Source of the DNA: Mycobacterium tuberculosis H37Rv
GTDB lineage: Bacteria > Actinomycetota > Actinomycetes > Mycobacteriales > Mycobacteriaceae
Reading direction: 5' to 3'
Assembly: GCF_000195955.2 (NCBI RefSeq)
Contig: NC_000962.3
Coordinates: 30,001 to 62,000, forward strand
Length of the DNA: 32,000 nucleotides
Shown: positions 18,233 to 27,973 of the stretch, one piece after another
How the letters are laid out: each line of letters begins with the position of its first letter
Numbering within the stretch: position 1 is the first letter of the stretch
The notes under the pieces: generated by a model
Databases searched by the model: none
Told to the model about the DNA's origin: nothing
What the model saw: only the letters and a program-made list of their open reading frames with translations
Program-made: the position numbers and the translations under genes

Positions 18233-19027
18233 TCACCGGCCATCGCGCCACCTGCAAAGCGCGGCCGCAGCGCTCAGGTCGTAGTCGGGACCGTCACAGC
18301 CAACGGTCAACAGCGTGACACCGAGACCGGCGAGGGCTTCGGCGCTGGCGATCAGCCCGCCGCCGTCGACCGCGGCGGAGCGTTCGATAGTCGCTGGGTT
18401 TCGGCCGACGGTCGAGCAGTGCGTGCTCAGCACGGCCGACTTCGCTAGGTAGCTGTCCCCGGCGGTAAAGCTGTGCCAGATATCGGCATACTCGGCGACC
18501 AGTCGCAGGGTCTTACGCTCTCCGCCGCCGCCGATCAGCACCGGGATGTCCCGTGTCGGCGGCGGGTTCAGCTTGCCAAGCCGCGCCTTGATCCGGGGCA
18601 GCGCAGCCGCCAGGTCGTCGAGGCGGCTGCCCGCTGTGCCGAACCGGTAGCCGTACTCGTCGTAGTCCTTCTGTTTCCAGCCCGACCCGATACCCAGGAT
18701 GAGCCGGCCGCCGGAGATGTGGTCGACGGTACGGGCCATGTCGGCAAGCAGCTCCGGATTGCGGTAGGAGTTGCACGTCACTAGAGCGCCGATTTCGATG
18801 TGCGACGTTTGCTCGGCCCAGGCTCCCAAGACGGTCCAGCATTCGAAGTGTGGGCCGTCAGGGTCGCCGTAGAGCGGAAAGAAGTGGTCCCAGGTAAAAG
18901 CGATGTCCACACCGATGTCCTCGCACCGGCGGACGGCGTCTCGGACGGCGCGGTAATGGGGGGCGTGCTGCGGCTGCAGTTGTACGCCGATACGAACGGG
19001 GAGATCGGGACGCACGAGTGAAGTCAT
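18233..19027 (-). CDS. LLM-class, F420-dependent-type oxidoreductase, 264 aa
   Basis: RIGVQLQPQHAPHYRAVRDAVRRCEDIGVDIAFTWDHFFPLYGD...TSHIEIGALVTCNSYRNPELLADMARTVDHISGGRLILGIGSGWKQKDYDEYGY. Confidence 0.93.
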   Translation of the reverse strand: MTSLVRPDLPVRIGVQLQPQHAPHYRAVRDAVRRCEDIGVDIAFTWDHFFPLYGDPDGPHFECWTVLGAWAEQTSHIEIGALVTCNSYRNPELLADMARTVDHISGGRLILGIGSGWKQKDYDEYGYRFGTAGSRLDDLAAALPRIKARLGKLNPPPTRDIPVLIGGGGERKTLRLVAEYADIWHSFTAGDSYLAKSAVLSTHCSTVGRNPATIERSAAVDGGGLIASAEALAGLGVTLLTVGCDGPDYDLSAAAALCRWRDGR

Positions 19028-19042
19028 GGGTCCACCGTAGGC

Positions 19043-19939
19043 TCAGCGTGTGTCGAGCACCCCGCGCACGATCTCGATCAGGGCGCGCGGTTGGTCACTT
19101 TGCACCGAGTGGCCTGACTTCTCGACGATGTGAACGCCACGGAAATGCGTTGCACGCCTGTGGAGTTCGGCGGTGTCCTGGTCGGTGACGAAGCCCGACG
19201 AGCCGCCGCGCACGAGTGTGATCGGCGCGGACAGGGCGTCGACGTCGTCCCAGAGCCCTGCGAAATCTCCGAACGTGCGGATCGCGTCATAGCGCCACAC
19301 CCAGTTGCCGTTGTCCAGCCGGCGGGAGTTGTGGAACACGCCGCGGCGCAACGACTTGACATCGCGGTGCGGGGCCGCGGCGATCGTTAGGTCCAGCATG
19401 GCCTGAAAGCTGGGGAATTCCCGCTCGCCGTGCATCAGCGCCACCGTGCCGCGCTGCTCGGCGGTCAGCTCGGCGTGCCGTTGCAATGCCGACGGGGTGA
19501 CGTCGACGAGAACGAGTTCGCCGACCAGGTCGGGTGCCATCGCGGCCAGCCGTATCGCAGTCAACCCGCCCAGCGACATGCCGACCACGAATTCGGCACC
19601 CGGCGCAAGCTCGCGTAGCACCGGCGCCAAGGTCTCGGAGTTGAGCTGCGGCGAGTAATTGCCGTCCTCCCGCCAAGCGGAATGGCCGTGCCCTGGAAGG
19701 TCCACCGCCAGCGCCGGCTCACCCAGGCCGACGATCACGGTGTCCCAGGTATGGGCGTTCTGTCCGCCGCCGTGCAGAAAGATCACCCGCGGCGCAGAGC
19801 CGCCCCAGCGCAGCGCGCTGATGGCTCCCGCTTGGACCCGCTCGACTTCAGGCAGTGGACCATTGACACCGGCCTGCTCAGCGTTCTCAGCCAGCAGGGC
19901 AAACTCGTCCAGTCCGGTCAGTTCGTCGTCAGATAGCAC
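19043..19939 (-). CDS. Alpha/beta hydrolase (esterase-like), 298 aa (Rv0045c-like)
   Basis: Oxyanion segment VIFLHGGGQNAHTW, nucleophile elbow VVGMSLGGL, late Asp/His elements (VEKSGHSVQSDQP). Confidence 0.94.
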   Translation of the reverse strand: MLSDDELTGLDEFALLAENAEQAGVNGPLPEVERVQAGAISALRWGGSAPRVIFLHGGGQNAHTWDTVIVGLGEPALAVDLPGHGHSAWREDGNYSPQLNSETLAPVLRELAPGAEFVVGMSLGGLTAIRLAAMAPDLVGELVLVDVTPSALQRHAELTAEQRGTVALMHGEREFPSFQAMLDLTIAAAPHRDVKSLRRGVFHNSRRLDNGNWVWRYDAIRTFGDFAGLWDDVDALSAPITLVRGGSSGFVTDQDTAELHRRATHFRGVHIVEKSGHSVQSDQPRALIEIVRGVLDTR

Positions 19940-20020
19940 GCAGCGGACGTTACCCGCGTTTGACTCTGCGGATACCAGGCAATTGTGCGAGTGGCCCGCG
20001 TGGTGAGCGCAGAGTCAACG

Positions 20021-21124
20021 CTAACCGATGATGAACTCTTCGAGTTGCGCGCGCGCGATGTCGTCGGGCAGCTGCTCGGGCGGGCTCTTCATCAGGTAGG
20101 CCGACGCCGGGATCACCGGTCCGCCGATGCCGCGGTCCTTGGCGATCTTGGCCGCCCGCACCGCGTCGATGATGACGCCGGCCGAGTTTGGCGAGTCCCA
20201 CACCTCGAGCTTGTACTCCAGGTTCAACGGCACATCTCCGAAGGCGCGGCCCTCAAGACGGACATAGGCCCATTTGCGATCGTCGAGCCATCCGACGTGG
20301 TCGGACGGGCCGATGTGCACGTCCTTGGTCTTGAACTCGCGCTTCAGATTCGAAGTGACGGCCTGGGTCTTGGAGATCTTCTTGGACTCCAGCCGTTCAC
20401 GTTCGAGCATGTTGAGGAAGTCCATGTTGCCGCCCACGTTGAGCTGCATGGTGCGGTCGAGCTGCACGCCGCGGTCCTCGAACAGCTTGGCCAGCACCCG
20501 GTGGGTGATCGTCGCGCCGACCTGGCTCTTGATGTCATCACCGACGATGGGTACCCTGGCGTCGGTGAACTTCTTGGCCCACACCGGGTCGGAGGCGATG
20601 AACACCGGCAGCGCGTTGACGAACGCCACCCCGGCGTCGATAGCACACTGGGCGTAGAACTTGTCGGCTTCCTCCGAGCCCACCGGCAAATAGGAGACCA
20701 GCACGTCGACCTTGGCCTCCTTGAGCGCCTGGACGACGTCGACGGGCTCCGCGTCGGAGAGTTCGATGGTGTCGGCGTAGTACTTGCCGATGCCATCGAG
20801 GGTAGGCCCGCGCTGCACGATCACGTTGGTCGGCGCCACATCGGCGATCTTGATGGTGTTGTTCTCCGAGGCGAAGATGGCGTCGGACAGGTCGAAGCCG
20901 ACCTTCTTGGCGTCCACGTCGAACGCCGCCACGAACTTGACGTCGCGAACGTGGTACGGGCCGAACCGCACGTGCATGAGGCCCGGTACGGTCGATGTGT
21001 CGTCGGCGTTGTAGTAGTACTCGACGCCCTGGACCAGCGAGGACGCGCAGTTGCCGACGCCGACAATGGCGACTCGAACCTCCGTCGACGCCTCCGGCGC
21101 CGGTAACGACTGGTGCTCACTCAT
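20021..21124 (-). CDS. ino1: Inositol-1-phosphate synthase, 367 aa
   Basis: [23 protein letters not shown]-binding start, [49 protein letters not shown]; matches actinobacterial Ino1. Confidence 0.97.
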   Translation of the reverse strand: MSEHQSLPAPEASTEVRVAIVGVGNCASSLVQGVEYYYNADDTSTVPGLMHVRFGPYHVRDVKFVAAFDVDAKKVGFDLSDAIFASENNTIKIADVAPTNVIVQRGPTLDGIGKYYADTIELSDAEPVDVVQALKEAKVDVLVSYLPVGSEEADKFYAQCAIDAGVAFVNALPVFIASDPVWAKKFTDARVPIVGDDIKSQVGATITHRVLAKLFEDRGVQLDRTMQLNVGGNMDFLNMLERERLESKKISKTQAVTSNLKREFKTKDVHIGPSDHVGWLDDRKWAYVRLEGRAFGDVPLNLEYKLEVWDSPNSAGVIIDAVRAAKIAKDRGIGGPVIPASAYLMKSPPEQLPDDIARAQLEEFIIG

Positions 21125-21184
21125 TAAGGCGTTCTCCTAACCTCATAACCTCTGGGGTGTCTTGGGTGTTGGTTCGTGCTGGGT

Positions 21185-21727
21185 TTACGTCTGTTCGGCG
21201 GGGTTGGGTGCTGCCCGTTCCGCGGCGATGAGCTCGTTGAGCCACTTGACCTCGCGCTCGCTGGACTCGAGCCCGAGTTGATGCAATTGGCGGGTGTAGC
21301 GGTCGAAGGAACTGCTGGCCCGCGCCACCGCCTCGCGCAAGCCTTCCCGGCGTTCCTCGACCTGGCGGCGCCGGCCTTCCAGGATGCGCATCCGCGCTTC
21401 GGCCGGGGTGCGGTTGAAGAACGCCAGGTGCACCCCGAAACCGTCGTCGGTGTAGTTGTGTGGGCCGGTGTCGGCCACCAGCTCGCCGAATCGACGGCGA
21501 CCCTTGTCGGTCAGTTGGTAAACGCGTCGTGCTCGCCGCACCGGGGTGCCCGCTGGGGCGGCATTCTCGGCGATCAACCCGTCGGCCTGCATGCGTCGCA
21601 GCGCCGGGTATAACGAACCGTACGAAAATGCCCGAAACGCGCCCAGCAGGCCGGTCAGCCTCTTGCGCAACTCGTAGCCATGCATCGGTGACTCGATCAA
21701 CAGACCCAGGATGGCGAGCTCCAGCAT
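21185..21727 (-). CDS. PadR-family transcriptional regulator, 180 aa
   Basis: LELAILGLLIESPMHGYELRKRLTGLLGAFRAFSYGSLYPALRRMQADGLIAE is a canonical PadR N-terminus. Confidence 0.95.
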   Translation of the reverse strand: MLELAILGLLIESPMHGYELRKRLTGLLGAFRAFSYGSLYPALRRMQADGLIAENAAPAGTPVRRARRVYQLTDKGRRRFGELVADTGPHNYTDDGFGVHLAFFNRTPAEARMRILEGRRRQVEERREGLREAVARASSSFDRYTRQLHQLGLESSEREVKWLNELIAAERAAPNPAEQT

Positions 21728-21827
21728 CGAGTCACCTCCTTTTGTATGGCTTTTGAATGGCCGTTACGACGGTTCGACGCCTCGCGTCATCGTATCGCCT
21801 CGATATATTTGCGACAACATCACCGCG

Positions 21828-22697
21828 TCAAGACGGGTAGCTGACGTGCTTGATGGTGCCGTCACCTGCGAAAACGAGGTATCCACCGCCGTAGTCGCTA
21901 GAGACATACAACGACAACGACAACGCAGCCGGCGTGGTGGGGTCCTTGACCGGTTCGACGATCAGGTACATGCTTTTGACGTCGGATTGTTTGAGGCCGA
22001 GGGTTTCCGGGGCGCCGCGCATGATGCCCACAGCGGTCTTCGCATCGAATTTGCTCAGGTCAACCACGGACACGTCGGCAATGCTCTTGGCGGAACTGGT
22101 CGCATCGCCCCAGCCGCCGCGGTAGGTATACGCCAGGACTCGGCGGTCGTCCGCCGGGTCGACGCGATCGAGCGACGCATACTCCGGGTAGATCACCAGC
22201 CGGTAGCCCATGGTGTCGCCGAACCGCTTGCGGGTCTGCTCCAGCAGGCCGGTGAGCCCGCCGAGGGAATGCAGCTGCCTGGGCGGGGTCAGCACCACGG
22301 GGGCGATCCCGTCGGGCTTTGCTCCGGGATCCGAGGTGAAGTCCAGCGGAGAGCGGGTGTTGCCGTACACGCCCCAGCCGATGCCGACGCCCAGCAGCAC
22401 CGATGCGACAAACGCAGCGGCCAGCAAGCCCAACTCGGTGCGTTTCGCCCGCGATTTGAGCGCGGGCATTTGTGCGGGTGCGCTCTCGACCTGCAGGTCG
22501 GCCACCAGACGCTGCAGGTCACCTAGGGTCACAGCCTTGGTAGCTGCGCTGACGCGCTCCCGGTGTTCCTCCATCGAGAGCTCGCCGTCACGCAGGGCGT
22601 CGTCGAGAATCCGGCAGGCGTCCTGCCGGTCGCTGTCTTTGGCGCGGGTTGCCGTCGATACTCCGCGCGCAAGGGGTGCGCCCAGCCACTTCGCCAC
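21828..22697 (-). CDS. Membrane protein with DUF1707-like domain, 289 aa (Rv0048c-like)
   Basis: DSDRQDACRILDDALRDGELSMEEHRERVSAATKAVTLGDLQRLVADLQ (DUF1707 signature) plus one hydrophobic TM helix LLAAAFVASVLLGVGIGWGVYG. Confidence 0.85.
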   Translation of the reverse strand: MAKWLGAPLARGVSTATRAKDSDRQDACRILDDALRDGELSMEEHRERVSAATKAVTLGDLQRLVADLQVESAPAQMPALKSRAKRTELGLLAAAFVASVLLGVGIGWGVYGNTRSPLDFTSDPGAKPDGIAPVVLTPPRQLHSLGGLTGLLEQTRKRFGDTMGYRLVIYPEYASLDRVDPADDRRVLAYTYRGGWGDATSSAKSIADVSVVDLSKFDAKTAVGIMRGAPETLGLKQSDVKSMYLIVEPVKDPTTPAALSLSLYVSSDYGGGYLVFAGDGTIKHVSYPS

Positions 22698-22809
22698 AGG
22701 GACGATAGTAGGAGTCTGGCTGGGAATCTGAACTCGATCCCGCCGTACCCGCGCAACAACGGCGCCGGTTGCGTATCGGTGGTGTGGATGGCGTCGTACT
22801 CTGGTCAGC

Positions 22810-23244
22810 GTGCGACTGCAGCGACAGGTAGTGGACTACACGCTACGGCGACGCTCCCTGCTGGCCGAGGTGTATTCGGGACGCACCGGTGTGTCGGAGG
22901 TGTGCGACGCCAACCCCTACCTGCTGCGCGCCGCAAAGTTTCATGGGAAGCCCAGCCGGGTCATCTGCCCGATCTGCCGCAAGGAGCAGCTCACACTGGT
23001 GTCGTGGGTGTTCGGCGAGCACCTCGGTGCGGTATCAGGGTCCGCGCGCACCGCCGAAGAACTGATCCTGCTGGCGACCCGGTTCTCCGAGTTCGCGGTC
23101 CACGTGGTGGAGGTATGTCGAACCTGCAGTTGGAATCATCTGGTCAAGTCATACGTCCTGGGCGCCGCACGTCCGGCACGCCCCCCTAGGGGGTCTGGCG
23201 GGACGCGGACGGCGCGCAACGGGGCCCGCACGGCCAGTGAATAG
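22810..23244 (+). CDS. DUF5318-like zinc-ribbon-type conserved protein, 144 aa (alternative start 22831, 137 aa)
   Basis: VICPICRKEQLTLVSWVFGEHLG...VEVCRTCSWNHLVKSYVLG; two CxxC pairs. Confidence 0.85.
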   Translation: MRLQRQVVDYTLRRRSLLAEVYSGRTGVSEVCDANPYLLRAAKFHGKPSRVICPICRKEQLTLVSWVFGEHLGAVSGSARTAEELILLATRFSEFAVHVVEVCRTCSWNHLVKSYVLGAARPARPPRGSGGTRTARNGARTASE

Positions 23245-25699
23245 CGACGGGCGTCACCATCAGTCGTCCAGCGGCGCCCCGCGCGGGCCGGCGAATCCCG
23301 GCCAGCGTGGTCAGGTTCCACCCGACGACAGACTGACCGCGATCCTCCCGCCGGTGACCGATGACCGATCGGCTCCGCACGCGGACTCCATCGAGGCGGT
23401 CAAGGCCGCGCTCGACGGCGCGCCGCCGATGCCCCCGCCGCGCGACCCGCTCGAGGAGGTCACGGCCGCGTTGGCCGCCCCGCCCGGTAAACCGCCGCGG
23501 GGGGATCAGCTTGGTGGCAGACGTCGCCCACCGGGGCCGCCCGGGCCCCCCGGTTCGTCCGGACAGCCTGCCGGCCGGCTGCCCCAACCGAGGGTGGACT
23601 TGCCCCGGGTCGGCCAGATCAACTGGAAATGGATACGGCGTTCGCTGTACCTCACCGCGGCGGTGGTGATCCTGTTGCCGATGGTCACCTTCACGATGGC
23701 CTACCTGATCGTCGACGTTCCCAAGCCAGGTGACATCCGTACCAACCAGGTCTCCACGATCCTTGCCAGCGACGGCTCGGAAATCGCCAAAATTGTTCCG
23801 CCCGAAGGTAATCGGGTCGACGTCAACCTCAGCCAGGTGCCGATGCATGTGCGCCAGGCGGTGATTGCGGCCGAAGACCGCAATTTCTATTCGAATCCGG
23901 GATTCTCGTTCACCGGCTTCGCGCGGGCAGTCAAGAACAACCTGTTCGGCGGCGATCTGCAGGGCGGATCGACGATTACCCAGCAGTACGTCAAGAACGC
24001 GCTGGTCGGTTCCGCACAGCACGGGTGGAGCGGTCTGATGCGCAAGGCGAAAGAATTGGTCATCGCGACGAAGATGTCGGGGGAGTGGTCTAAAGACGAT
24101 GTGCTGCAGGCGTATCTGAACATCATCTACTTCGGCCGGGGCGCCTACGGCATTTCGGCGGCGTCCAAGGCTTATTTCGACAAGCCCGTCGAGCAGCTGA
24201 CCGTTGCCGAAGGGGCGTTGTTGGCAGCGCTGATTCGGCGGCCTTCGACGCTGGACCCGGCGGTCGACCCCGAAGGGGCCCATGCCCGCTGGAATTGGGT
24301 ACTCGACGGCATGGTGGAAACCAAGGCTCTCTCGCCGAATGACCGTGCGGCGCAGGTGTTTCCCGAGACAGTGCCGCCCGATCTGGCCCGGGCAGAGAAT
24401 CAGACCAAAGGACCCAACGGGCTGATCGAGCGGCAGGTGACAAGGGAGTTGCTCGAGCTGTTCAACATCGACGAGCAGACCCTCAACACCCAGGGGCTGG
24501 TGGTCACCACCACGATTGATCCGCAGGCCCAACGGGCGGCGGAGAAGGCGGTTGCGAAATACCTGGACGGGCAGGACCCCGACATGCGTGCCGCCGTGGT
24601 TTCCATCGACCCGCACAACGGGGCGGTGCGTGCGTACTACGGTGGCGACAATGCCAATGGCTTTGACTTCGCTCAAGCGGGATTGCAGACTGGATCGTCG
24701 TTTAAGGTGTTTGCTCTGGTGGCCGCCCTTGAGCAGGGGATCGGCCTGGGCTACCAGGTAGACAGCTCTCCGTTGACGGTCGACGGCATCAAGATCACCA
24801 ACGTCGAGGGCGAGGGTTGCGGGACGTGCAACATCGCCGAGGCGCTCAAAATGTCGCTGAACACCTCCTACTACCGGCTGATGCTCAAGCTCAACGGCGG
24901 CCCACAGGCTGTGGCCGATGCCGCGCACCAAGCCGGCATTGCCTCCAGCTTCCCGGGCGTTGCGCACACGCTGTCCGAAGATGGCAAGGGTGGACCGCCC
25001 AACAACGGGATCGTGTTGGGCCAGTACCAAACCCGGGTGATCGACATGGCATCGGCGTATGCCACGTTGGCCGCGTCCGGTATCTACCACCCGCCGCATT
25101 TCGTACAGAAGGTGGTCAGTGCCAACGGCCAGGTCCTCTTCGACGCCAGCACCGCGGACAACACCGGCGATCAGCGCATCCCCAAGGCGGTAGCCGACAA
25201 CGTGACTGCGGCGATGGAGCCGATCGCAGGTTATTCGCGTGGCCACAACCTAGCGGGTGGGCGGGATTCGGCGGCCAAGACCGGCACTACGCAATTTGGT
25301 GACACCACCGCGAACAAAGACGCCTGGATGGTCGGGTACACGCCGTCGTTGTCTACGGCTGTGTGGGTGGGCACCGTCAAGGGTGACGAGCCACTGGTAA
25401 CCGCTTCGGGTGCAGCGATTTACGGCTCGGGCCTGCCGTCGGACATCTGGAAGGCAACCATGGACGGCGCCTTGAAGGGCACGTCGAACGAGACTTTCCC
25501 CAAACCGACCGAGGTCGGTGGTTATGCCGGTGTGCCGCCGCCGCCGCCGCCGCCGGAGGTACCACCTTCGGAGACCGTCATCCAGCCCACGGTCGAAATT
25601 GCGCCGGGGATTACCATCCCGATCGGTCCCCCGACCACCATTACCCTGGCGCCACCGCCCCCGGCCCCGCCCGCTGCGACTCCCACGCCGCCGCCGTGA
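23237..25699 (+). CDS. ponA1: Bifunctional class A penicillin-binding protein PonA1 (transglycosylase/transpeptidase), 820 aa
   Basis: TG domain AEDRNFYSNPGFSFTGFARAVKNNLFGGDLQGGSTITQQYVKNAL; TP domain TGSSFKVFAL, KTGTTQFG; Pro-rich cytoplasmic N-terminus and extracellular C-terminus. Confidence 0.97.
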   Translation: MNSDGRHHQSSSGAPRGPANPGQRGQVPPDDRLTAILPPVTDDRSAPHADSIEAVKAALDGAPPMPPPRDPLEEVTAALAAPPGKPPRGDQLGGRRRPPGPPGPPGSSGQPAGRLPQPRVDLPRVGQINWKWIRRSLYLTAAVVILLPMVTFTMAYLIVDVPKPGDIRTNQVSTILASDGSEIAKIVPPEGNRVDVNLSQVPMHVRQAVIAAEDRNFYSNPGFSFTGFARAVKNNLFGGDLQGGSTITQQYVKNALVGSAQHGWSGLMRKAKELVIATKMSGEWSKDDVLQAYLNIIYFGRGAYGISAASKAYFDKPVEQLTVAEGALLAALIRRPSTLDPAVDPEGAHARWNWVLDGMVETKALSPNDRAAQVFPETVPPDLARAENQTKGPNGLIERQVTRELLELFNIDEQTLNTQGLVVTTTIDPQAQRAAEKAVAKYLDGQDPDMRAAVVSIDPHNGAVRAYYGGDNANGFDFAQAGLQTGSSFKVFALVAALEQGIGLGYQVDSSPLTVDGIKITNVEGEGCGTCNIAEALKMSLNTSYYRLMLKLNGGPQAVADAAHQAGIASSFPGVAHTLSEDGKGGPPNNGIVLGQYQTRVIDMASAYATLAASGIYHPPHFVQKVVSANGQVLFDASTADNTGDQRIPKAVADNVTAAMEPIAGYSRGHNLAGGRDSAAKTGTTQFGDTTANKDAWMVGYTPSLSTAVWVGTVKGDEPLVTASGAAIYGSGLPSDIWKATMDGALKGTSNETFPKPTEVGGYAGVPPPPPPPEVPPSETVIQPTVEIAPGITIPIGPPTTITLAPPPPAPPAATPTPPP
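25535..25555 (+). repeat. (CCG)7 trinucleotide tract encoding seven prolines in PonA1 C-terminus
   Basis: Read directly: gtg-ccg-ccg-ccg-ccg-ccg-ccg-ccg-gag. Confidence 0.9.
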
Positions 25700-27378
25700 C
25701 CGGCGCGCTGTCCCAAAGCAGCAACATCTCGCCACTTCCTTTGGCCGCCGATCTGCGGAGCGCCGATAACCGCGATTGCCCCAGCCGCACCGACGTATTG
25801 GGTGCCGCTCTGGCGAATGTCGTCGGTGGCCCGGTAGGCCGGCACGCGCTGATCGGCCGCACCCGGCTGATGACCCCGCTGCGGGTGATGTTTGCAATCG
25901 CGTTGGTGTTCCTGGCGCTCGGTTGGTCGACGAAAGCGGCCTGCTTGCAGTCCACCGGAACCGGTCCAGGTGATCAGCGGGTGGCCAACTGGGATAACCA
26001 GCGTGCTTACTACCAGTTGTGCTACTCCGATACGGTGCCGCTCTATGGCGCTGAGTTATTGAGCCAAGGCAAGTTTCCGTACAAATCAAGCTGGATCGAA
26101 ACCGACAGCAACGGCACACCGCAGCTGCGCTACGACGGACAGATCGCGGTGCGCTATATGGAGTATCCGGTGCTGACTGGGATCTATCAGTACCTGTCGA
26201 TGGCGATAGCCAAGACCTACACCGCGTTAAGCAAGGTGGCTCCCCTCCCGGTGGTTGCCGAAGTGGTGATGTTCTTCAACGTCGCCGCGTTCGGTTTGGC
26301 GCTGGCGTGGCTGACAACCGTCTGGGCGACCTCGGGCCTGGCCGGCCGCCGGATATGGGATGCGGCGCTGGTGGCCGCCTCACCGCTGGTGATCTTTCAG
26401 ATATTCACCAATTTCGATGCGCTGGCAACGGGTTTGGCGACGAGTGGGCTGCTGGCCTGGGCGCGGCGCAGACCGGTGCTTGCCGGTGTGCTGATCGGGT
26501 TGGGCTCCGCGGCGAAACTGTATCCGCTGTTGTTCTTGTACCCGTTGTTGCTGCTGGGCATCCGGGCCGGTCGCCTGAATGCTCTGGCCCGCACCATGGC
26601 GGCCGCGGCGGCGACCTGGTTGTTGGTGAATCTGCCGGTGATGCTGCTCTTTCCGCGCGGCTGGTCGGAGTTCTTCCGGCTCAACACCCGGCGCGGCGAC
26701 GACATGGACTCGTTGTACAACGTCGTCAAGTCGTTCACCGGCTGGCGTGGCTTCGACCCCACCCTGGGCTTCTGGGAGCCGCCGCTGGTGCTGAACACGG
26801 TTGTCACGCTCTTGTTCGTGTTATGTTGTGCGGCAATTGCTTACATCGCGCTCACCGCACCCCACCGGCCGCGCGTGGCGCAGCTGACTTTCTTGACGGT
26901 GGCCAGCTTCCTGTTGGTCAACAAGGTGTGGAGTCCCCAGTTCTCGCTTTGGCTGGTGCCGCTGGCCGTGCTGGCTTTGCCGCACCGCCGGATCTTGCTG
27001 GCGTGGATGACGATCGACGCGTTGGTGTGGGTGCCGCGGATGTACTACCTATACGGCAACCCGAGCCGCTCGCTGCCCGAGCAGTGGTTCACCACGACGG
27101 TGTTGCTGCGTGACATCGCCGTGATGGTGCTGTGCGGACTGGTGGTCTGGCAGATCTACCGCCCCGGGCGCGACCTCGTGCGTACCGGCGGGCCAGGGGC
27201 ACTGCCGGCTTGTGGGGGAGTCGACGACCCGGTGGGAGGGGTCTTTGCCAACGCCGCCGACGCCCCGCCAGGTCGGCTACCGTCGTGGCTGCGTCCCCGG
27301 CTGGGCGACGAGCATGCGCGAGAGAGGACGCCCGATGCAGGTCGCGATCGCACTTTTTCCGGGCAACACCGCGCTTGA
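25696..27378 (+). CDS. Polytopic membrane protein, GT87/DUF2029 mannosyltransferase-like, 560 aa (Rv0051-like)
   Basis: Multiple TM helices with GT-C-type features (LAWARRRPVLAGVLIGLGSAAKLYPLLFLYPLLLLGIRAGR); 4-nt GTGA overlap with the ponA1 stop. Confidence 0.88.
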   Translation: MTGALSQSSNISPLPLAADLRSADNRDCPSRTDVLGAALANVVGGPVGRHALIGRTRLMTPLRVMFAIALVFLALGWSTKAACLQSTGTGPGDQRVANWDNQRAYYQLCYSDTVPLYGAELLSQGKFPYKSSWIETDSNGTPQLRYDGQIAVRYMEYPVLTGIYQYLSMAIAKTYTALSKVAPLPVVAEVVMFFNVAAFGLALAWLTTVWATSGLAGRRIWDAALVAASPLVIFQIFTNFDALATGLATSGLLAWARRRPVLAGVLIGLGSAAKLYPLLFLYPLLLLGIRAGRLNALARTMAAAAATWLLVNLPVMLLFPRGWSEFFRLNTRRGDDMDSLYNVVKSFTGWRGFDPTLGFWEPPLVLNTVVTLLFVLCCAAIAYIALTAPHRPRVAQLTFLTVASFLLVNKVWSPQFSLWLVPLAVLALPHRRILLAWMTIDALVWVPRMYYLYGNPSRSLPEQWFTTTVLLRDIAVMVLCGLVVWQIYRPGRDLVRTGGPGALPACGGVDDPVGGVFANAADAPPGRLPSWLRPRLGDEHARERTPDAGRDRTFSGQHRA

Positions 27379-27973
27379 CGCGGTTGGCCCCTACGAGGTG
27401 CTGCAGCGGGTGCCGTCGTTCGACGTCGTGTTCGTCGGCCACCGCCGCGGGGAGGTTCGCAGCGACAACGCCATGCTGGGTCTGCTGTGTGACGCGGCAT
27501 TCGACGAGCTAACCCGGCCCGATGTGGTGATCTTTCCGGGCGGCATCGGAACTCGGACCCTGATCCACGACCAGACCGTGCTCGACTGGGTGCGCGAAGC
27601 GCACCGGCACACCCTACTCACCACCTCGGTGTGCACCGGCGGGCTGGTGTTGGCGGCTGCCGGACTGCTCAACGGCTTGACCGCGACCACGCATTGGCGA
27701 GTACAGGATCTGTTCAACTCGCTGGGCGCCCGATACGTCCCCCAGCGTGTCGTCGAGCATCTGCCAGAGCGGGTCATCACCGCCGCCGGGGTGTCGAGCG
27801 GGATCGACATGGGATTGCGGCTGGTGGAGCTTTTGGTCAGCCGGGAAGCCGCCGAAGCGAGCCAGCTGATGATCGAGTATGACCCGCAGCCACCGGTGGA
27901 TGCCGGCTCCCTGGCCAAGGCCTCGCCGGCTACCCATCGGCTCGCGTTGGAGTTCTATCAGCATCGTTTGTGA
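27335..27973 (+). CDS. DJ-1/PfpI superfamily (isonitrile-hydratase-like/GATase1-like) protein, 212 aa (Rv0052-like)
   Basis: MQVAIALFPGNTALDAVGPYEVLQRVPSFDVVFVG... with nucleophile elbow TTSVCTGGLVLAAAGLLNGLTATTHW. Domain start fixes ATG 27335. Confidence 0.88.
   Translation: MQVAIALFPGNTALDAVGPYEVLQRVPSFDVVFVGHRRGEVRSDNAMLGLLCDAAFDELTRPDVVIFPGGIGTRTLIHDQTVLDWVREAHRHTLLTTSVCTGGLVLAAAGLLNGLTATTHWRVQDLFNSLGARYVPQRVVEHLPERVITAAGVSSGIDMGLRLVELLVSREAAEASQLMIEYDPQPPVDAGSLAKASPATHRLALEFYQHRL

Noticed and set aside
19985-21106. 373-aa plus-strand ORF opposite ino1
   Set aside because: Mirror of ino1 codon bias; the minus strand is clearly inositol-1-phosphate synthase.
22289-22522. Short alternative-frame ORFs across Rv0048c-like region and similar 60-100 aa ORFs throughout
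   Set aside because: All overlap better-supported genes, with extreme Arg/Pro/Ala composition and no recognisable motif.
23186-25246. 686-aa ORF on the minus strand opposite ponA1
   Set aside because: Antisense shadow ORF typical of high-GC coding DNA; its His/Arg/Gly-rich sequence has no domain, while the plus strand encodes unambiguous PonA1 motifs.
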